This document shows, one piece after another, positions 35,711 through 46,234 of a stretch of DNA of 64,000 nucleotides. The notes under the pieces are model-generated. The model had not been told where the DNA came from. It did not search any database and saw nothing but the letters and a program-made list of their open reading frames with translations. The DNA is from a virus, in the IMG/VR virus record IMGVR_UViG_3300011114_001049, positions 1 to 64,000 of that record; one strand, given 5' to 3'. The position numbers and the translations under genes were made by a program. Every line of letters begins with the position of its first letter. Positions within the stretch are counted from its first letter, which is position 1.

Positions 35711-35906
35711 CTCGATTGCCGTCTATTAATAATTCAATTAGTTCTGACCAGCCCTTAACTGCAGGTCCCAGTAAAACTGCGCCTATTGCTAGACAAAATA
35801 TACCTACCCAGCTCGAAGTGTTTACAAAATATTGATACATAAACATCGAGCCGACTAGTGTAAGAAACGACGCAATTAACCAAATTATAATCTTTTTATT
35901 TTTCAT
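35700..35906 (-). CDS. Small two-TM membrane protein
   Basis: Two hydrophobic helices. Confidence 0.65.
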   Translation of the reverse strand: MKNKKIIIWLIASFLTLVGSMFMYQYFVNTSSWVGIFCLAIGAVLLGPAVKGWSELIELLIDGNRDEN

Positions 35907-35975
35907 TAATTTTACTTTTGTTTAAAATACTATTAATTTTAAAGATATTAAATAAATAACTAAAAAATATGCAAA

Positions 35976-36617
35976 TTGAAGGCAGTTAACAGTTTTAATA
36001 AGTGGCTCATAACTGAGGCAATAATCGATTGGCAAGGTCATGGAGTAGAGGAGTTCTTAGAAAGGATTAACGATCCAGGGATTGGTGGACTACGTTTTGA
36101 AGAGTTAAGAAGCATGGCCACACCCTATGGAATAGAGGTAGTAAATTACGATCAATTCATTCGTGAGATACCTGAAGAAAAAAGGGAAAGTGCGCCGCCG
36201 AGGATGGCTCCATTCTTTGCACTAGTAAACCCAGATACTGAAAGACCTAGAATAGTTGTGAATCTACCAATGCTGTTTGCTAGAGAAAGACGGGAGATCT
36301 CTAAAATGTTAAAACATGAGTTAATTCATGTAGGCCAGTTACAGCGTAGACCTGAGGGAATGGCGCTAGGTGGTGATGACATTAGGGACAAGACCGAATA
36401 TCTATCAAACAAGGACGAGGTGATGGCGTTTTCTCATTCAGTAGTAGACGACTTGATTTCAATGGGAGCAACAAGCGTTGATGCTGGCGTTAAGCTTTTA
36501 CCTAGGTCTAGAATGTGGCAATGGATCAGTGATAAAGCAACTGACTCTGCATTAAAAAGATATCGTAAATACATTTATCTTTACCTTAAGTTAGAACTAG
36601 AAGAAGCGGTCGACTAG
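35976..36617 (+). CDS. HExxH metallopeptidase-like late protein
   Basis: KHELIHVGQ and downstream Y....DEVMAF; late promoter at about 35950; TTG start. Confidence 0.7.
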   Translation: MKAVNSFNKWLITEAIIDWQGHGVEEFLERINDPGIGGLRFEELRSMATPYGIEVVNYDQFIREIPEEKRESAPPRMAPFFALVNPDTERPRIVVNLPMLFARERREISKMLKHELIHVGQLQRRPEGMALGGDDIRDKTEYLSNKDEVMAFSHSVVDDLISMGATSVDAGVKLLPRSRMWQWISDKATDSALKRYRKYIYLYLKLELEEAVD

Positions 36618-36798
36618 TAACTAGTGTTCATCCCTCTCTTGACATTCAAGTATCATCAGCTGAAGCATCTTGTTTTCTTCAACTAGGATTCTGCACTTAT
36701 CTGCTTCGTTTACTACAGAAATAGATATAAGGTACCCGATAACTAAACCTATTATTGAACCCACTAAAGAGGCAATTAAACTTTCTTTCTTTGTCATT

Positions 36799-37167
36799 TT
36801 ACTCTATTTTAAAATTAATTATTTGTCGAAACTCTCGGTCGGTGAGCATAATACACTTAGCCATAAGATCAAGAATAGCATCAAAGGTCTCAGGGTATTT
36901 CTCCTTAAGACCAGACGCTCCATTTAAAAATTCAAAGGTTGGTATTTTACTGTTTAGGTATACAACTAAATCTACCAAGACTGGTTGCATCCATCTGCTT
37001 GTCATCTTATCGTTATTTTTACAGGCATCAATGAATTCTTCCATAGTCATTATACGAGTTACATTCCTTTCAGGATCGTCTATATGTGTGAATACAAAGT
37101 CAGGCTCTTGCATAGAACTAGCTTCAACTACATATCGATTGTATGCTAATTTAATTATATTTTTCAT
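36799..37167 (-). CDS. Hypothetical protein
   Basis: 122-aa ORF in minus-strand operon. Confidence 0.65.
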   Translation of the reverse strand: MKNIIKLAYNRYVVEASSMQEPDFVFTHIDDPERNVTRIMTMEEFIDACKNNDKMTSRWMQPVLVDLVVYLNSKIPTFEFLNGASGLKEKYPETFDAILDLMAKCIMLTDREFRQIINFKIE

Positions 37168-37391
37168 TTTTGTGCAGGTTTAGTTCCATATAATTTAATA
37201 AGTAACTCAGCATTTTTATCTAATTTTTTAAGCTCATACATCATTTCTTCAGCATAGACCATTGCCATTTCAGCTACCATCTCAGACTTTATGTTTGGAT
37301 TAGGATTTGCAAGTAGTCCACGCAACGCTTCACCTGCAAAATATTCTAATTTACTAATAGTTAGTTCTACTCCTTCTATTTTTGCTTTCAT
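37164..37391 (-). CDS. Phage small protein (LEYFAGEALRGLLAN)
   Basis: Recurrent phage motif. Confidence 0.7.
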   Translation of the reverse strand: MKAKIEGVELTISKLEYFAGEALRGLLANPNPNIKSEMVAEMAMVYAEEMMYELKKLDKNAELLIKLYGTKPAQK

Positions 37392-37406
37392 ACTGCTACT
37401 CTGTTT

Positions 37407-37703
37407 TTAGTTATTACTTTCAGGAAAGTCACTAAACTTTAATCCCCACATCAAGCCGACCCATGCCATTTCCTTTTCGGCATATTTTAAATTCATCTTA
37501 AGATTTTTTACAAGATATGTTTTACCCCATTCTTTCCATTCTTCGTGTTGAGACATAGTCATTGTCCATTGGGCGTACCAATCATCTTTACGATCTTTGA
37601 TGTCTTCGTAAGTTACTTCATGTCCAGCAATCCTGAACATTTCGTTGATCAAATCAACGATAGACTTGTCTATTTTTTCTTGTTTGCTTAATCTTTTAGC
37701 CAT
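37407..37703 (-). CDS. Hypothetical Trp-rich protein
   Basis: 98-aa ORF. Confidence 0.7.
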   Translation of the reverse strand: MAKRLSKQEKIDKSIVDLINEMFRIAGHEVTYEDIKDRKDDWYAQWTMTMSQHEEWKEWGKTYLVKNLKMNLKYAEKEMAWVGLMWGLKFSDFPESNN

Positions 37704-38389
37704 TTTATTTCATTTGTTATTTTATCCCATTCAAAACTAACAGGTAAGTTAGTGTAACTATATCTTTCGTTTAATATTGATGCATTAATAAAGTGGGTGT
37801 GACCATTATAATAATAACCAGCACCTCCATGTATATGTCCAAACACGTGAATTTTTGGTTTGATTTCGTCTACTCGATAACGCAGCACTTCGCAACCTAC
37901 TCGTATACTTTGTCCTCCTGGAATATCTAGATGTCCAAACGGCGGTCCATGAGTAACAAGAATATCAGTATCTTCAGGTATTGCATCCCATCGAGCTTTA
38001 AGTTCTTCACCATTTCGTGGAAGATTAAAAGCCCAATTATAGAACTCTGGTTGCCAAGGTGAACCGTATAGTTTAACTGACGAGTCATCGTCTATATCAT
38101 AGAGAGCAAAGTCTTCGTCTTCAAGATAAATTAGATTCGTATAGCCTGCGATGGTTAACCGACTCCAAGTAGGATCGTTCTCTATAATACGATCGTGGTT
38201 CCCGGCAATAAAAACCTTCTTATCATAACCTTTTATTGAACTAAACCAATCTAAAAATTCAGTCGCTTCTCTTTTGTGGTATCCGCTATTCATAAAATCA
38301 CCAGCATGTATTAGTAGATCGCCGCCTGGTAAATCTGATTCACAATATCGATGCTTAGAGTGTGTGTCTGAGATGGCTGTTATTATCAT
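37688..38389 (-). CDS. Calcineurin-like metallophosphoesterase (MPPED/239FB-like)
   Basis: SDTH, HAGD, AGNHD, THGPP, FGHIH. Confidence 0.9.
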   Translation of the reverse strand: MIITAISDTHSKHRYCESDLPGGDLLIHAGDFMNSGYHKREATEFLDWFSSIKGYDKKVFIAGNHDRIIENDPTWSRLTIAGYTNLIYLEDEDFALYDIDDDSSVKLYGSPWQPEFYNWAFNLPRNGEELKARWDAIPEDTDILVTHGPPFGHLDIPGGQSIRVGCEVLRYRVDEIKPKIHVFGHIHGGAGYYYNGHTHFINASILNERYSYTNLPVSFEWDKITNEIKWLKD

Positions 38390-39006
38390 GACTCTGTTTT
38401 TTCTAACTCTTTTAATTGTTTTTCTAATCTACTAATGCTGCCTCGAATAATACTAGCATTTGGATCTAATGCTTTAATCTCTTCAATTAGCTCAGATTGC
38501 CGGCCTTTGTCATAGAATCCATGTTCAATCCAATCAGCTAGGTCTTGTATGTGCTGTGGTGCGTGAACACTAATTCGTAAGTCGTAATCTTGCCATTTGG
38601 TTTTCCAATCAACAAACGCAATACCTTTAGTTAATTTCCTAAGCAGATTATGTAGGGTCCAATTACGAACTCTAACAATTGAACGGTCGCTACCGAATAC
38701 GTGTAGGAAACGGAGAAACCATCGGGTGCACCATTTTGGTTTTGCTTCATGATCCATTGCTAATACTAATGGATAAAGTGCTTTAAAATAAACACCATCT
38801 TCGTTCCATAATTGTGTTCCTAAATAACCATATTTTTCAAATCCTTTAGGAAAAAATATGTAACGAAAATCATCCAGCTTAATCTTACGAGTGTGTATCA
38901 TACCTTTCTTACGACCTTTCCAAAAGAGAATAGAATACTTAAGACTAGTCAGACGTTCTTTAAATGTTGGTGATTTATAAAATTTACTATTTTTATCTGT
39001 TTTCAT
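38386..39006 (-). CDS. Hypothetical protein
   Basis: 206-aa ORF. Confidence 0.7.
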   Translation of the reverse strand: MKTDKNSKFYKSPTFKERLTSLKYSILFWKGRKKGMIHTRKIKLDDFRYIFFPKGFEKYGYLGTQLWNEDGVYFKALYPLVLAMDHEAKPKWCTRWFLRFLHVFGSDRSIVRVRNWTLHNLLRKLTKGIAFVDWKTKWQDYDLRISVHAPQHIQDLADWIEHGFYDKGRQSELIEEIKALDPNASIIRGSISRLEKQLKELEKTES

Positions 39007-39016
39007 ATGTGAATTA

Positions 39017-39553
39017 TTACATGTTAACTAATGAGATTGAACTAGATGCAGTTGGATAATCTAATAAATTATCTGCAAGTGCTGAGTCTTTTGTCTTAGC
39101 TAAATCTATTTTTTGTTGCTGCCAGTGCTCAGTAAGAGATGCATCAGTAAATAAACCTTCTGGAAATACATCTACCATAATGTCATCGAATTCCATAGTT
39201 TCTTTACCTGCCTTCTTAAATGCGTATGCCAGATAATATGCATAACTAACTGCAATTCCTGGAGTTCCGCTAACTAGTCCAAAAAAGATTAGAGTTTTTT
39301 CATCTAGGTTAAGGCCTATCGATTTTGCTCTAGATTCAAGTATCTCAATATTTCCTGTTATCTTCCTAGAAGAAGCTAACATCTCTTTGACTTTAGAAAC
39401 ATCACTTAACACTAGTGCAAGTAGCACAGACATCATACTTTCACTTAATGGCTCCGTGCTTCCAGAATTTTCTAGTTTTTTACAAAATAACTTTTCAACT
39501 GCTTCTGGATTCTCAGTCTCAATATAAGCTATCCTTTTTATGTTCTTTTTCAT
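39017..39553 (-). CDS. Hypothetical protein
   Basis: Start reassigned to MKKNIK. Confidence 0.65.
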   Translation of the reverse strand: MKKNIKRIAYIETENPEAVEKLFCKKLENSGSTEPLSESMMSVLLALVLSDVSKVKEMLASSRKITGNIEILESRAKSIGLNLDEKTLIFFGLVSGTPGIAVSYAYYLAYAFKKAGKETMEFDDIMVDVFPEGLFTDASLTEHWQQQKIDLAKTKDSALADNLLDYPTASSSISLVNM

Positions 39554-39615
39554 ATTGCTAATATACATAATCAAATACACAAAATAAACAAATAGATAAA
39601 ACAAACAACTAAATT

Positions 39616-40206
39616 ATGAATTATACAAGAGAACAGATTGAAAAGGCAGTTAAAGCTAAAGGCTATGTTTGGTTCGAAGGCGCAAAAGATTATGATGTTA
39701 ATATTGTAGGGGTTAGAACTTCTTCGACTGGTCAAAAGGTAACAAATGCATTTGATGATGTTATCACAGTATCATTCAAGATCAATGGTGTGTGGCAATA
39801 CAAAGAATGGGCAAATACTACAGATCCTGGTAAAAAAGGAGTTTTAGAATATCATAATACAGCAGGTGTCGCTCGTCTAGTAGAAGGACAGTACAGGGGA
39901 TCACATACGATTAGGCTACACCAAGGTAAATATGAGGCTCTAGGTCAAGCAAAAAACGTTAAAGTTTATAGAGACGCAAACAAAGACCTGAACTATGATG
40001 AAACTAAGATTCAGGAAGGAGTCTTTGGGATTAACATTCATAAAGCTGGAGCTGATTCTACTTATGTGGAAAACTGGTCTGAAGGCTGTCAAGTATTTAA
40101 GAAATCTGCAGACTTTGAAGAATTTATGAAGATCTGTAGAAAGGCAAGAGACATTCATGGAAACTCTTTTACCTACACCTTGATTGAGTCATCAGACATA
40201 AAATGA
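39616..40206 (+). CDS. Putative endolysin, YkuD/L,D-transpeptidase-like
   Basis: GINIHKAG...WSEGCQV His/Cys motif. Confidence 0.7.
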   Translation: MNYTREQIEKAVKAKGYVWFEGAKDYDVNIVGVRTSSTGQKVTNAFDDVITVSFKINGVWQYKEWANTTDPGKKGVLEYHNTAGVARLVEGQYRGSHTIRLHQGKYEALGQAKNVKVYRDANKDLNYDETKIQEGVFGINIHKAGADSTYVENWSEGCQVFKKSADFEEFMKICRKARDIHGNSFTYTLIESSDIK

Positions 40207-40260
40207 TTAGTTAAGATTAAAGGACACTCAGCACTAAATAAATAAATGAAAATAAGATAG

Positions 40261-42996
40261 ATGAAATTTTTTGATTGGGGTCACGAATCAAGTGAACAGA
40301 AAAAACACCGTTCATTCATAGAAGAACAGGCACTGCTTGAACAGGCAATTAATAATGCACGCAGTCGCAGCGGAAACACCCCAGGAGTCGGCGGTGGTAG
40401 TGTCGTAAACATCACTAATCAGACTGCACTAGTTGTTTTTAAGGAGATTGGCTCTACTAACTATCAGTATTACATCGCAAACAATGCGAGCGGAGCAATC
40501 AATGGCCCGTTTGATACTGGAGTTGCACAGGCTGATTACAGCATAGGTGATTTAACTACTGGAACAATACAGTATGGCGGATATACATTAAGATTCTATC
40601 GGGGAGATATCAATGAGAATAAAATAATTTTTATTGATTCCACTGGGATGGTAGTAGATACTATAACTGCAATCACAGTTGATGCTACAATGGTCAGTAA
40701 CAGCGGTCGATTCATCACAGTGACTGATTATGACGCTGGACTCTTGTGGATCTTTGATGGGACTACTGTGCTTACTGATGAGACTGCTTTCACCGGAACT
40801 GTTAGCTTTGACCTTGACGATGCTTATCTTGATGGCGTCGGCATGTCGACTATCTCAGCTGGAGGTGTTTATAAGTATTACATCTGCAACTCGACCAACT
40901 TAACTAAAATCTATGAGACTACTGATCCTGTTAATACTATCATTTTCAACACGTATTTTAATGCAAATAAAGTAATAGTTAAAACAATCAATGGTGGCGG
41001 TCTATTGATAAAACTAGAAGTAGTTTCCTTGACTGGAACGATTGAAGAGACTATAACGATTGATCCAGTAGTTTATACTGCACACGACTTTTATTTCTAT
41101 GGAAGTGGTAGTTGGTTCTTACACCTAAGAAACGGTGGTGACCTAACGGTCGAACATCGTGTCTATAACTATGATGGAACTACAAATACACTAGACTATA
41201 TCTCGGTTGATGCTGAAGTACACACCAACTGGGACTATGTGTATCGCAGTAGGTACCTAAGCTCTAGCTACTCTTACCCTGTAGTTGAGAATGCGGCGAT
41301 CGTGTTTTATGGTGAGACGTTCAGCAATGCTAATGGTTTCCTTGAAATAGATGAGTGCAGAATAGTTAACTTTTTTGCAGGTAATCTACCATCTTATTTT
41401 GATTTCGCAGACGGCGAAAGTAAAAGGATCTATTTAAGCGATGAAGGAGTAAACAAAAACTTTTTCCTCTATGTAGTCGACAACGATAACGATGGCACAA
41501 TATCTTCACTAGTAATAAAGGCAGGAGTCGCACCAATCGTTACTAATCTTGCAAACACGATCATTGACTTAGATGATATTGATATCAATGAAGTAGGAGA
41601 AAAAATAAACATAATAGTTGAATATTCTTCTGGCGAACCTGTGACACTCGATACCTATGTTTATGCTTATTCTGCAAATGGGTTAAAGTTACCAGGTAGA
41701 CTTGAGCTTGATACTGATGCTCAGTCATATCTGTCAAGCTACAACACTTACATAGTAGAAGGAGACAGTAACTATAATTTTATCAATTCTACGACTGGCG
41801 TATGGTCGCAATACCAAGCATACAATAGTGAATTAACTTCTGACTTTTTTACTCAAGCAGATCAGACTCGTGCCCCTTACGTATTTACGTATGGAGATAA
41901 TGTAGTTCTGTACACACACACTCAATTATCTGTAGAAAACGATGGTGAAGAACCTGGAACCTTTATAATGGATGGGACAGTCGCAGCAGGCAATGACAAG
42001 TTCGGTTCAGGTTCTAGTTATTTCACTAACCTTTATCCTGGGTTATTTGTACTAGCTGCAAAATCAATCGATATTTCTAGCTTCAAAATATCTGGAGATC
42101 TTGGTTCAGACGGCAGCGGTGATTTTAGTACAGATATATTGCCAATCTCAAGTTATTCCAAGACTTACACTGCATATATCAAAACAGTAGGTGGAACTGG
42201 GGATCCTTCAGTTAATCATATAATCATAATCGACACAGACGGTACTGGTGTTTCTCACAATTTTGACGAGACAAACGAAGATGACTATCATGAAATAACA
42301 GGAATCAGTGCTGCTACTGAGATTCACTACCTGCTTTTTGCTAAGGATGCTGGAGTGGAGGCAACTGAACTTGAGATAACTGACGTGATAACTGAATATT
42401 TAGACCTAGTAGATGGTGCTAATATTGCTACTACCTTATCTACTCTGAACCTTAACTACTCTAACATCACTGACATCTTTCCAGCATACGATTCTGGCGA
42501 GCCTGGTCAAATTTATTATTTTAGCGACTATGGCGGTGGTCAATATAACAGAATTGGGGATGGAGGCAACGATATGTATGATACGGGAAACATAATCACA
42601 ACAAGTGTTACTGCTCCATCCCCAATTAGAGTATTCAACGGGACAGGTTCGGTCAATTCATATTCTATTCCTCAGTTTGACGGGTTTGCTCTAGGTAAAA
42701 ATAGAATGATCGTTTGGAACGAGGCTCAAGCACAGGATCTTACGATTAGACACTATTCCATACAAGGTAGCTTATTAAATACTGTGAGTATTCCACAGCC
42801 AGACATTCAATTTTCAGCGTATGTTGAGGACCGCGGACTAGTCATAGTTCGAGATAAGATATTCGATGGAGGCATATATTATAACGCCAGACTGTATTTG
42901 TTCTCTCCTTTTGGAGTAGACTATGTTGAAGCCAACTTACCTGACGAAAACAACGCCCGTATTATATTGAATGACTGGGGTTGGTTTAATGATTAA
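40261..42996 (+). CDS. Large acidic beta-rich virion protein
   Basis: 911 aa; late promoter at about 40237; shares N-terminus and a domain with 45048-45977. Confidence 0.7.
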   Translation: MKFFDWGHESSEQKKHRSFIEEQALLEQAINNARSRSGNTPGVGGGSVVNITNQTALVVFKEIGSTNYQYYIANNASGAINGPFDTGVAQADYSIGDLTTGTIQYGGYTLRFYRGDINENKIIFIDSTGMVVDTITAITVDATMVSNSGRFITVTDYDAGLLWIFDGTTVLTDETAFTGTVSFDLDDAYLDGVGMSTISAGGVYKYYICNSTNLTKIYETTDPVNTIIFNTYFNANKVIVKTINGGGLLIKLEVVSLTGTIEETITIDPVVYTAHDFYFYGSGSWFLHLRNGGDLTVEHRVYNYDGTTNTLDYISVDAEVHTNWDYVYRSRYLSSSYSYPVVENAAIVFYGETFSNANGFLEIDECRIVNFFAGNLPSYFDFADGESKRIYLSDEGVNKNFFLYVVDNDNDGTISSLVIKAGVAPIVTNLANTIIDLDDIDINEVGEKINIIVEYSSGEPVTLDTYVYAYSANGLKLPGRLELDTDAQSYLSSYNTYIVEGDSNYNFINSTTGVWSQYQAYNSELTSDFFTQADQTRAPYVFTYGDNVVLYTHTQLSVENDGEEPGTFIMDGTVAAGNDKFGSGSSYFTNLYPGLFVLAAKSIDISSFKISGDLGSDGSGDFSTDILPISSYSKTYTAYIKTVGGTGDPSVNHIIIIDTDGTGVSHNFDETNEDDYHEITGISAATEIHYLLFAKDAGVEATELEITDVITEYLDLVDGANIATTLSTLNLNYSNITDIFPAYDSGEPGQIYYFSDYGGGQYNRIGDGGNDMYDTGNIITTSVTAPSPIRVFNGTGSVNSYSIPQFDGFALGKNRMIVWNEAQAQDLTIRHYSIQGSLLNTVSIPQPDIQFSAYVEDRGLVIVRDKIFDGGIYYNARLYLFSPFGVDYVEANLPDENNARIILNDWGWFND

Positions 42997-43012
42997 AATA
43001 ACATTTAGATAG

Positions 43013-43270
43013 ATGAAAAGAGTTTGTATATTAAGTACTACTGAAAATGTGGTGGAGGCTAGGGAGATAGCAAAAGAAATAACGAACGGCGACGTTTTAA
43101 AAGTTCCAGCATCTAAGAAAGGTGAAGAACCTGCAACACACTGGTTCTGTTGCCTTTCCACCACAGAAGATGGTTTTGAAAAGCTTCTTGAATTAAGGAA
43201 GAACAGCATCATTGAGGAGGCAGGTCCAAAAGAATTCTTATCAAGGTGGAAGTTGACAATCATAAAGTAG
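43013..43270 (+). CDS. Hypothetical protein
   Basis: 85-aa ORF. Confidence 0.65.
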   Translation: MKRVCILSTTENVVEAREIAKEITNGDVLKVPASKKGEEPATHWFCCLSTTEDGFEKLLELRKNSIIEEAGPKEFLSRWKLTIIK

Positions 43271-43878
43271 CTAGAAGCTTTATTTGCGAAGACGAAGCTC
43301 AACTGCTGATAAACTGGATCGAAGGAATAGCTTACACCGATACTACAGTCAATCACCATCTTACTGAACTAGCAAAAGAATTAAATGGTGTCTCCCACAT
43401 CTATGACGTCTCAAAGACTGAGATGACTAATTACATAACAAGTTATCAAAAGTTAGCAAAGAGCTCTGGCGAATACATTCCAGAACTAGTGTATGATTTA
43501 ATCAGTAGGATAGCATATACTCTTAATCTTCCTACAAACAACGTATTCTTTCAGGCAGTCGACATGAAAAAAGGTGGTAAGATAAATCCGCATTATGATG
43601 CGTCAGTTGATGGTTACATCAACTATAAGTGCAACCTATGTTTACTGTCAGATGAATACACTTTTCACGTAGATGGAACTGAATTTCATATCAACACTGG
43701 AGATCTATATTGTTTTGAGGCATCTCTTTACAAGCATTGGACAGACGTTTTTAACTCACGACGAGTCTTTATAAGTTTTGGTTTTCTAGTACCATATGAA
43801 ACGTTGGGCAGAGAGATAGATGACCCAAGAATTAGATTAAGCAGAAGGATCGAAAAGTATTTTCAAAAGCTAAATTAA
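43246..43878 (+). CDS. 2OG-Fe(II) oxygenase-like protein
   Basis: GGKINPHYD, GDLYCF, distal His (KHW), RVFISFG. Confidence 0.8.
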   Translation: MEVDNHKVARSFICEDEAQLLINWIEGIAYTDTTVNHHLTELAKELNGVSHIYDVSKTEMTNYITSYQKLAKSSGEYIPELVYDLISRIAYTLNLPTNNVFFQAVDMKKGGKINPHYDASVDGYINYKCNLCLLSDEYTFHVDGTEFHINTGDLYCFEASLYKHWTDVFNSRRVFISFGFLVPYETLGREIDDPRIRLSRRIEKYFQKLN

Positions 43879-43921
43879 TTTAGTATTGTTACACTTTATT
43901 AATTGAACTTAAATAAAACAC

Positions 43922-44071
43922 ATGACACAATTAGAAGAAGCACAGCAGGAGCTGATCGACTTGCTAACATCACAAGTAGTAGACTTAACGATGATGTCTA
44001 AAATTGAATTAGGAGATGACGTGATTGCTGAGATTAAAAGAATTAGAGAAAAAATTAAAAAGATAAAGTAA
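43922..44071 (+). CDS. Small hypothetical protein (49 aa)
   Basis: MTQLEEAQQEL...; TAATG coupling to the GH16 gene. Confidence 0.6.
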   Translation: MTQLEEAQQELIDLLTSQVVDLTMMSKIELGDDVIAEIKRIREKIKKIK

Positions 44072-44778
44072 TGCAAAAAACAATAACTTGGTCAGGATAT
44101 GAGTGGTTAACTCAAGAACGATGGGGAGATATCCACCCTGATAAAACATATAACTGGTATGATCCTAGTGCTGTTGAGATTAAAGGTGAAGACTTAATCC
44201 TAAAAACACAGTACAATCCTAAAGAATTTACAGTTAATGAAAAGAAAATTGTAAGTAATTATGGAGTCGGTCTAGTTTCTAATACAACTAAATTTGGTTA
44301 TGGTTATTTTGAAATAGAAGCAAAGCTGCCAACTAGTAGAAACCTTTGGCCTGCTTTCTGGATGTGGTCATTTGATACCTGGCCACCAGAAATAGATATT
44401 CTTGAAGCTTACAGTTCTATAAAAATACCGTCTTATTTTAAGATATATTTAGATTCATTGCTTGGTTTTTGGAATGTTCAAACAAACTATCATTACGAAA
44501 CAAAAGATAAGAGAGGATCGATCGGAGGTAAGACACACTGGTTTGGATTTAAAAACCCGCAGAAGAACTTTATTAAATATGGCTGTTTATGGGAAGAACA
44601 TCAGATTGTTTTTTATTACAACGGAAGAGTGGTTAGAACAATTAAGGACAAGACAATACTAAGTAGCCTTAAAGATGCTAAAATGAATGTCATAATAAAC
44701 AACCATATCAGAGAAGATATTGGTAATTTCGGCTCATCAGAGTTTACTATAAAAAGCTTTAAATATACAAACATATGA
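44071..44778 (+). CDS. Glycoside hydrolase family 16
   Basis: YGYFEIEAKLP, WPAFWM, catalytic EIDILE. Confidence 0.9.
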   Translation: MQKTITWSGYEWLTQERWGDIHPDKTYNWYDPSAVEIKGEDLILKTQYNPKEFTVNEKKIVSNYGVGLVSNTTKFGYGYFEIEAKLPTSRNLWPAFWMWSFDTWPPEIDILEAYSSIKIPSYFKIYLDSLLGFWNVQTNYHYETKDKRGSIGGKTHWFGFKNPQKNFIKYGCLWEEHQIVFYYNGRVVRTIKDKTILSSLKDAKMNVIINNHIREDIGNFGSSEFTIKSFKYTNI

Positions 44779-45041
44779 AAACATTAAAATCAACTATCGT
44801 AGGTGTAGCTGTTGTTGCAACTCTAGGATTAACATTAGTAACGTGCACTAATAAAAAATACAAGTATAAAATTAAGGGGCAAGTGAGAGTTCCTAAGTCA
44901 GATACTACTATATTACATGATGCTATTTGGTATACTGACACCATCAGCTTTGACGAAGATACTGCTTATTATTTTAACAGCGATGGCTCAGAAGTTAGGA
45001 TACATCCGCCTTTTATTTTGATAAATAATACCAAAAAATAA
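44775..45041 (+). CDS. Small secreted/lipoprotein-like protein
   Basis: Hydrophobic N-terminus ending LVTC. Confidence 0.6.
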   Translation: MKTLKSTIVGVAVVATLGLTLVTCTNKKYKYKIKGQVRVPKSDTTILHDAIWYTDTISFDEDTAYYFNSDGSEVRIHPPFILINNTKK

Positions 45042-45047
45042 ACTATT

Positions 45048-45977
45048 ATGACTTTTATAAATTGGGGCAGTGAGTCTGAAGAACAAAAAAATTACAGGAG
45101 GTTTTTAGAAGAGCAGGCCCTTTTCGAGCAGGCAGTAAACGCAAGTCGGGCAAGAGGCGGTCAGTCTCCTGGGGTAGGAGGAAGCGGTAGTATTATCGAA
45201 AGTTTAGCAGAAATAAGCATAGAAACTATTTTAGCTAATCTTAATTTAAGATATTCTGAAGTTACAGAATTAGTCCCAAACATATATAATTTTTGGGATG
45301 ATTATACTAAAGACGACGACGAAAACCCTATGTCTGGAATAAATGATGGTGGTGATGACATGTATGATGGCGGAAACTATATGAATACTAATCTTACTGC
45401 AACTTGGGACGATATTAAAGATGGAGAAATTGATGACGATGCTATACTTGCAGCAGCAAGTATACCATATACTCATACTCAAGCAGACGATGAGGAAGAC
45501 GATCCAACTCAATATTATAACCCGCCTATGGACGGTGCAGTTCAGTTAGGGGACTCTTATTTTGGCGCGGGCTCTAAATATTTTACGAATATGTATCCTG
45601 GTTTATTTATAATGGTTGCAGATAATATTTCTATCTCTGAATTTAATATTAGTGGTGATGTAGGATCTGATGGTGAAGGAGTTAGCGCAGGATATATCGA
45701 GTCAATTGTTCCTGGCTGGACTCTTTTTTATAAAAATAATACAGATGAAGATAACGAAGATCCTTCAATTAATCAGTTAATTTTAGTACCTGGTAATTCT
45801 GATGGGATTACTCAAGAATATGACGATTCGTCAGAATACGATGACCATAGAATATCAGGAATAGGTAATAGAGGTAGATTAATATATGCAGTTGTTGCTC
45901 GACATCCAGACGAAGACGTATTATCTGAATCTGATGCTATTTTAGTGGCGCAAAAAATACTAGAGATAATTCTTTAA
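45048..45977 (+). CDS. Acidic virion protein, permuted paralog of part of 40261-42996
   Basis: Shared WGxESxEQK...EEQAL.EQA.N...PGVGG N-terminus and YFTN.YPGLF domain. Confidence 0.75.
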   Translation: MTFINWGSESEEQKNYRRFLEEQALFEQAVNASRARGGQSPGVGGSGSIIESLAEISIETILANLNLRYSEVTELVPNIYNFWDDYTKDDDENPMSGINDGGDDMYDGGNYMNTNLTATWDDIKDGEIDDDAILAAASIPYTHTQADDEEDDPTQYYNPPMDGAVQLGDSYFGAGSKYFTNMYPGLFIMVADNISISEFNISGDVGSDGEGVSAGYIESIVPGWTLFYKNNTDEDNEDPSINQLILVPGNSDGITQEYDDSSEYDDHRISGIGNRGRLIYAVVARHPDEDVLSESDAILVAQKILEIIL

Positions 45978-46046
45978 TAAGTTTTTTATACTAGAAAAAA
46001 TAGATTGAATTACTAAATAAATAATTAAAATAGGCGCTGAATAAAA

Positions 46047-46193
46047 ATGGCATCAACTAAAAAATTATTAACTAATAACACGTTAACTTCAAGCTCTCGT
46101 AAAAAGAGACCAGGAATACACGCAAAGACCAAGCGTAGCTTTTCTAAAAAGAGCAAAAATTGGGCTAAGCAGTATAGGGGTCAGGGAAAATAA
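46047..46193 (+). CDS. Small basic protein (48 aa) ending YRGQGK
   Basis: After late promoter at about 46017; below ORF-track cutoff. Confidence 0.65.
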   Translation: MASTKKLLTNNTLTSSSRKKRPGIHAKTKRSFSKKSKNWAKQYRGQGK

Positions 46194-46234
46194 ATTGCAG
46201 TATTAAATAAATAACTAAAATAATAAAAATACTA

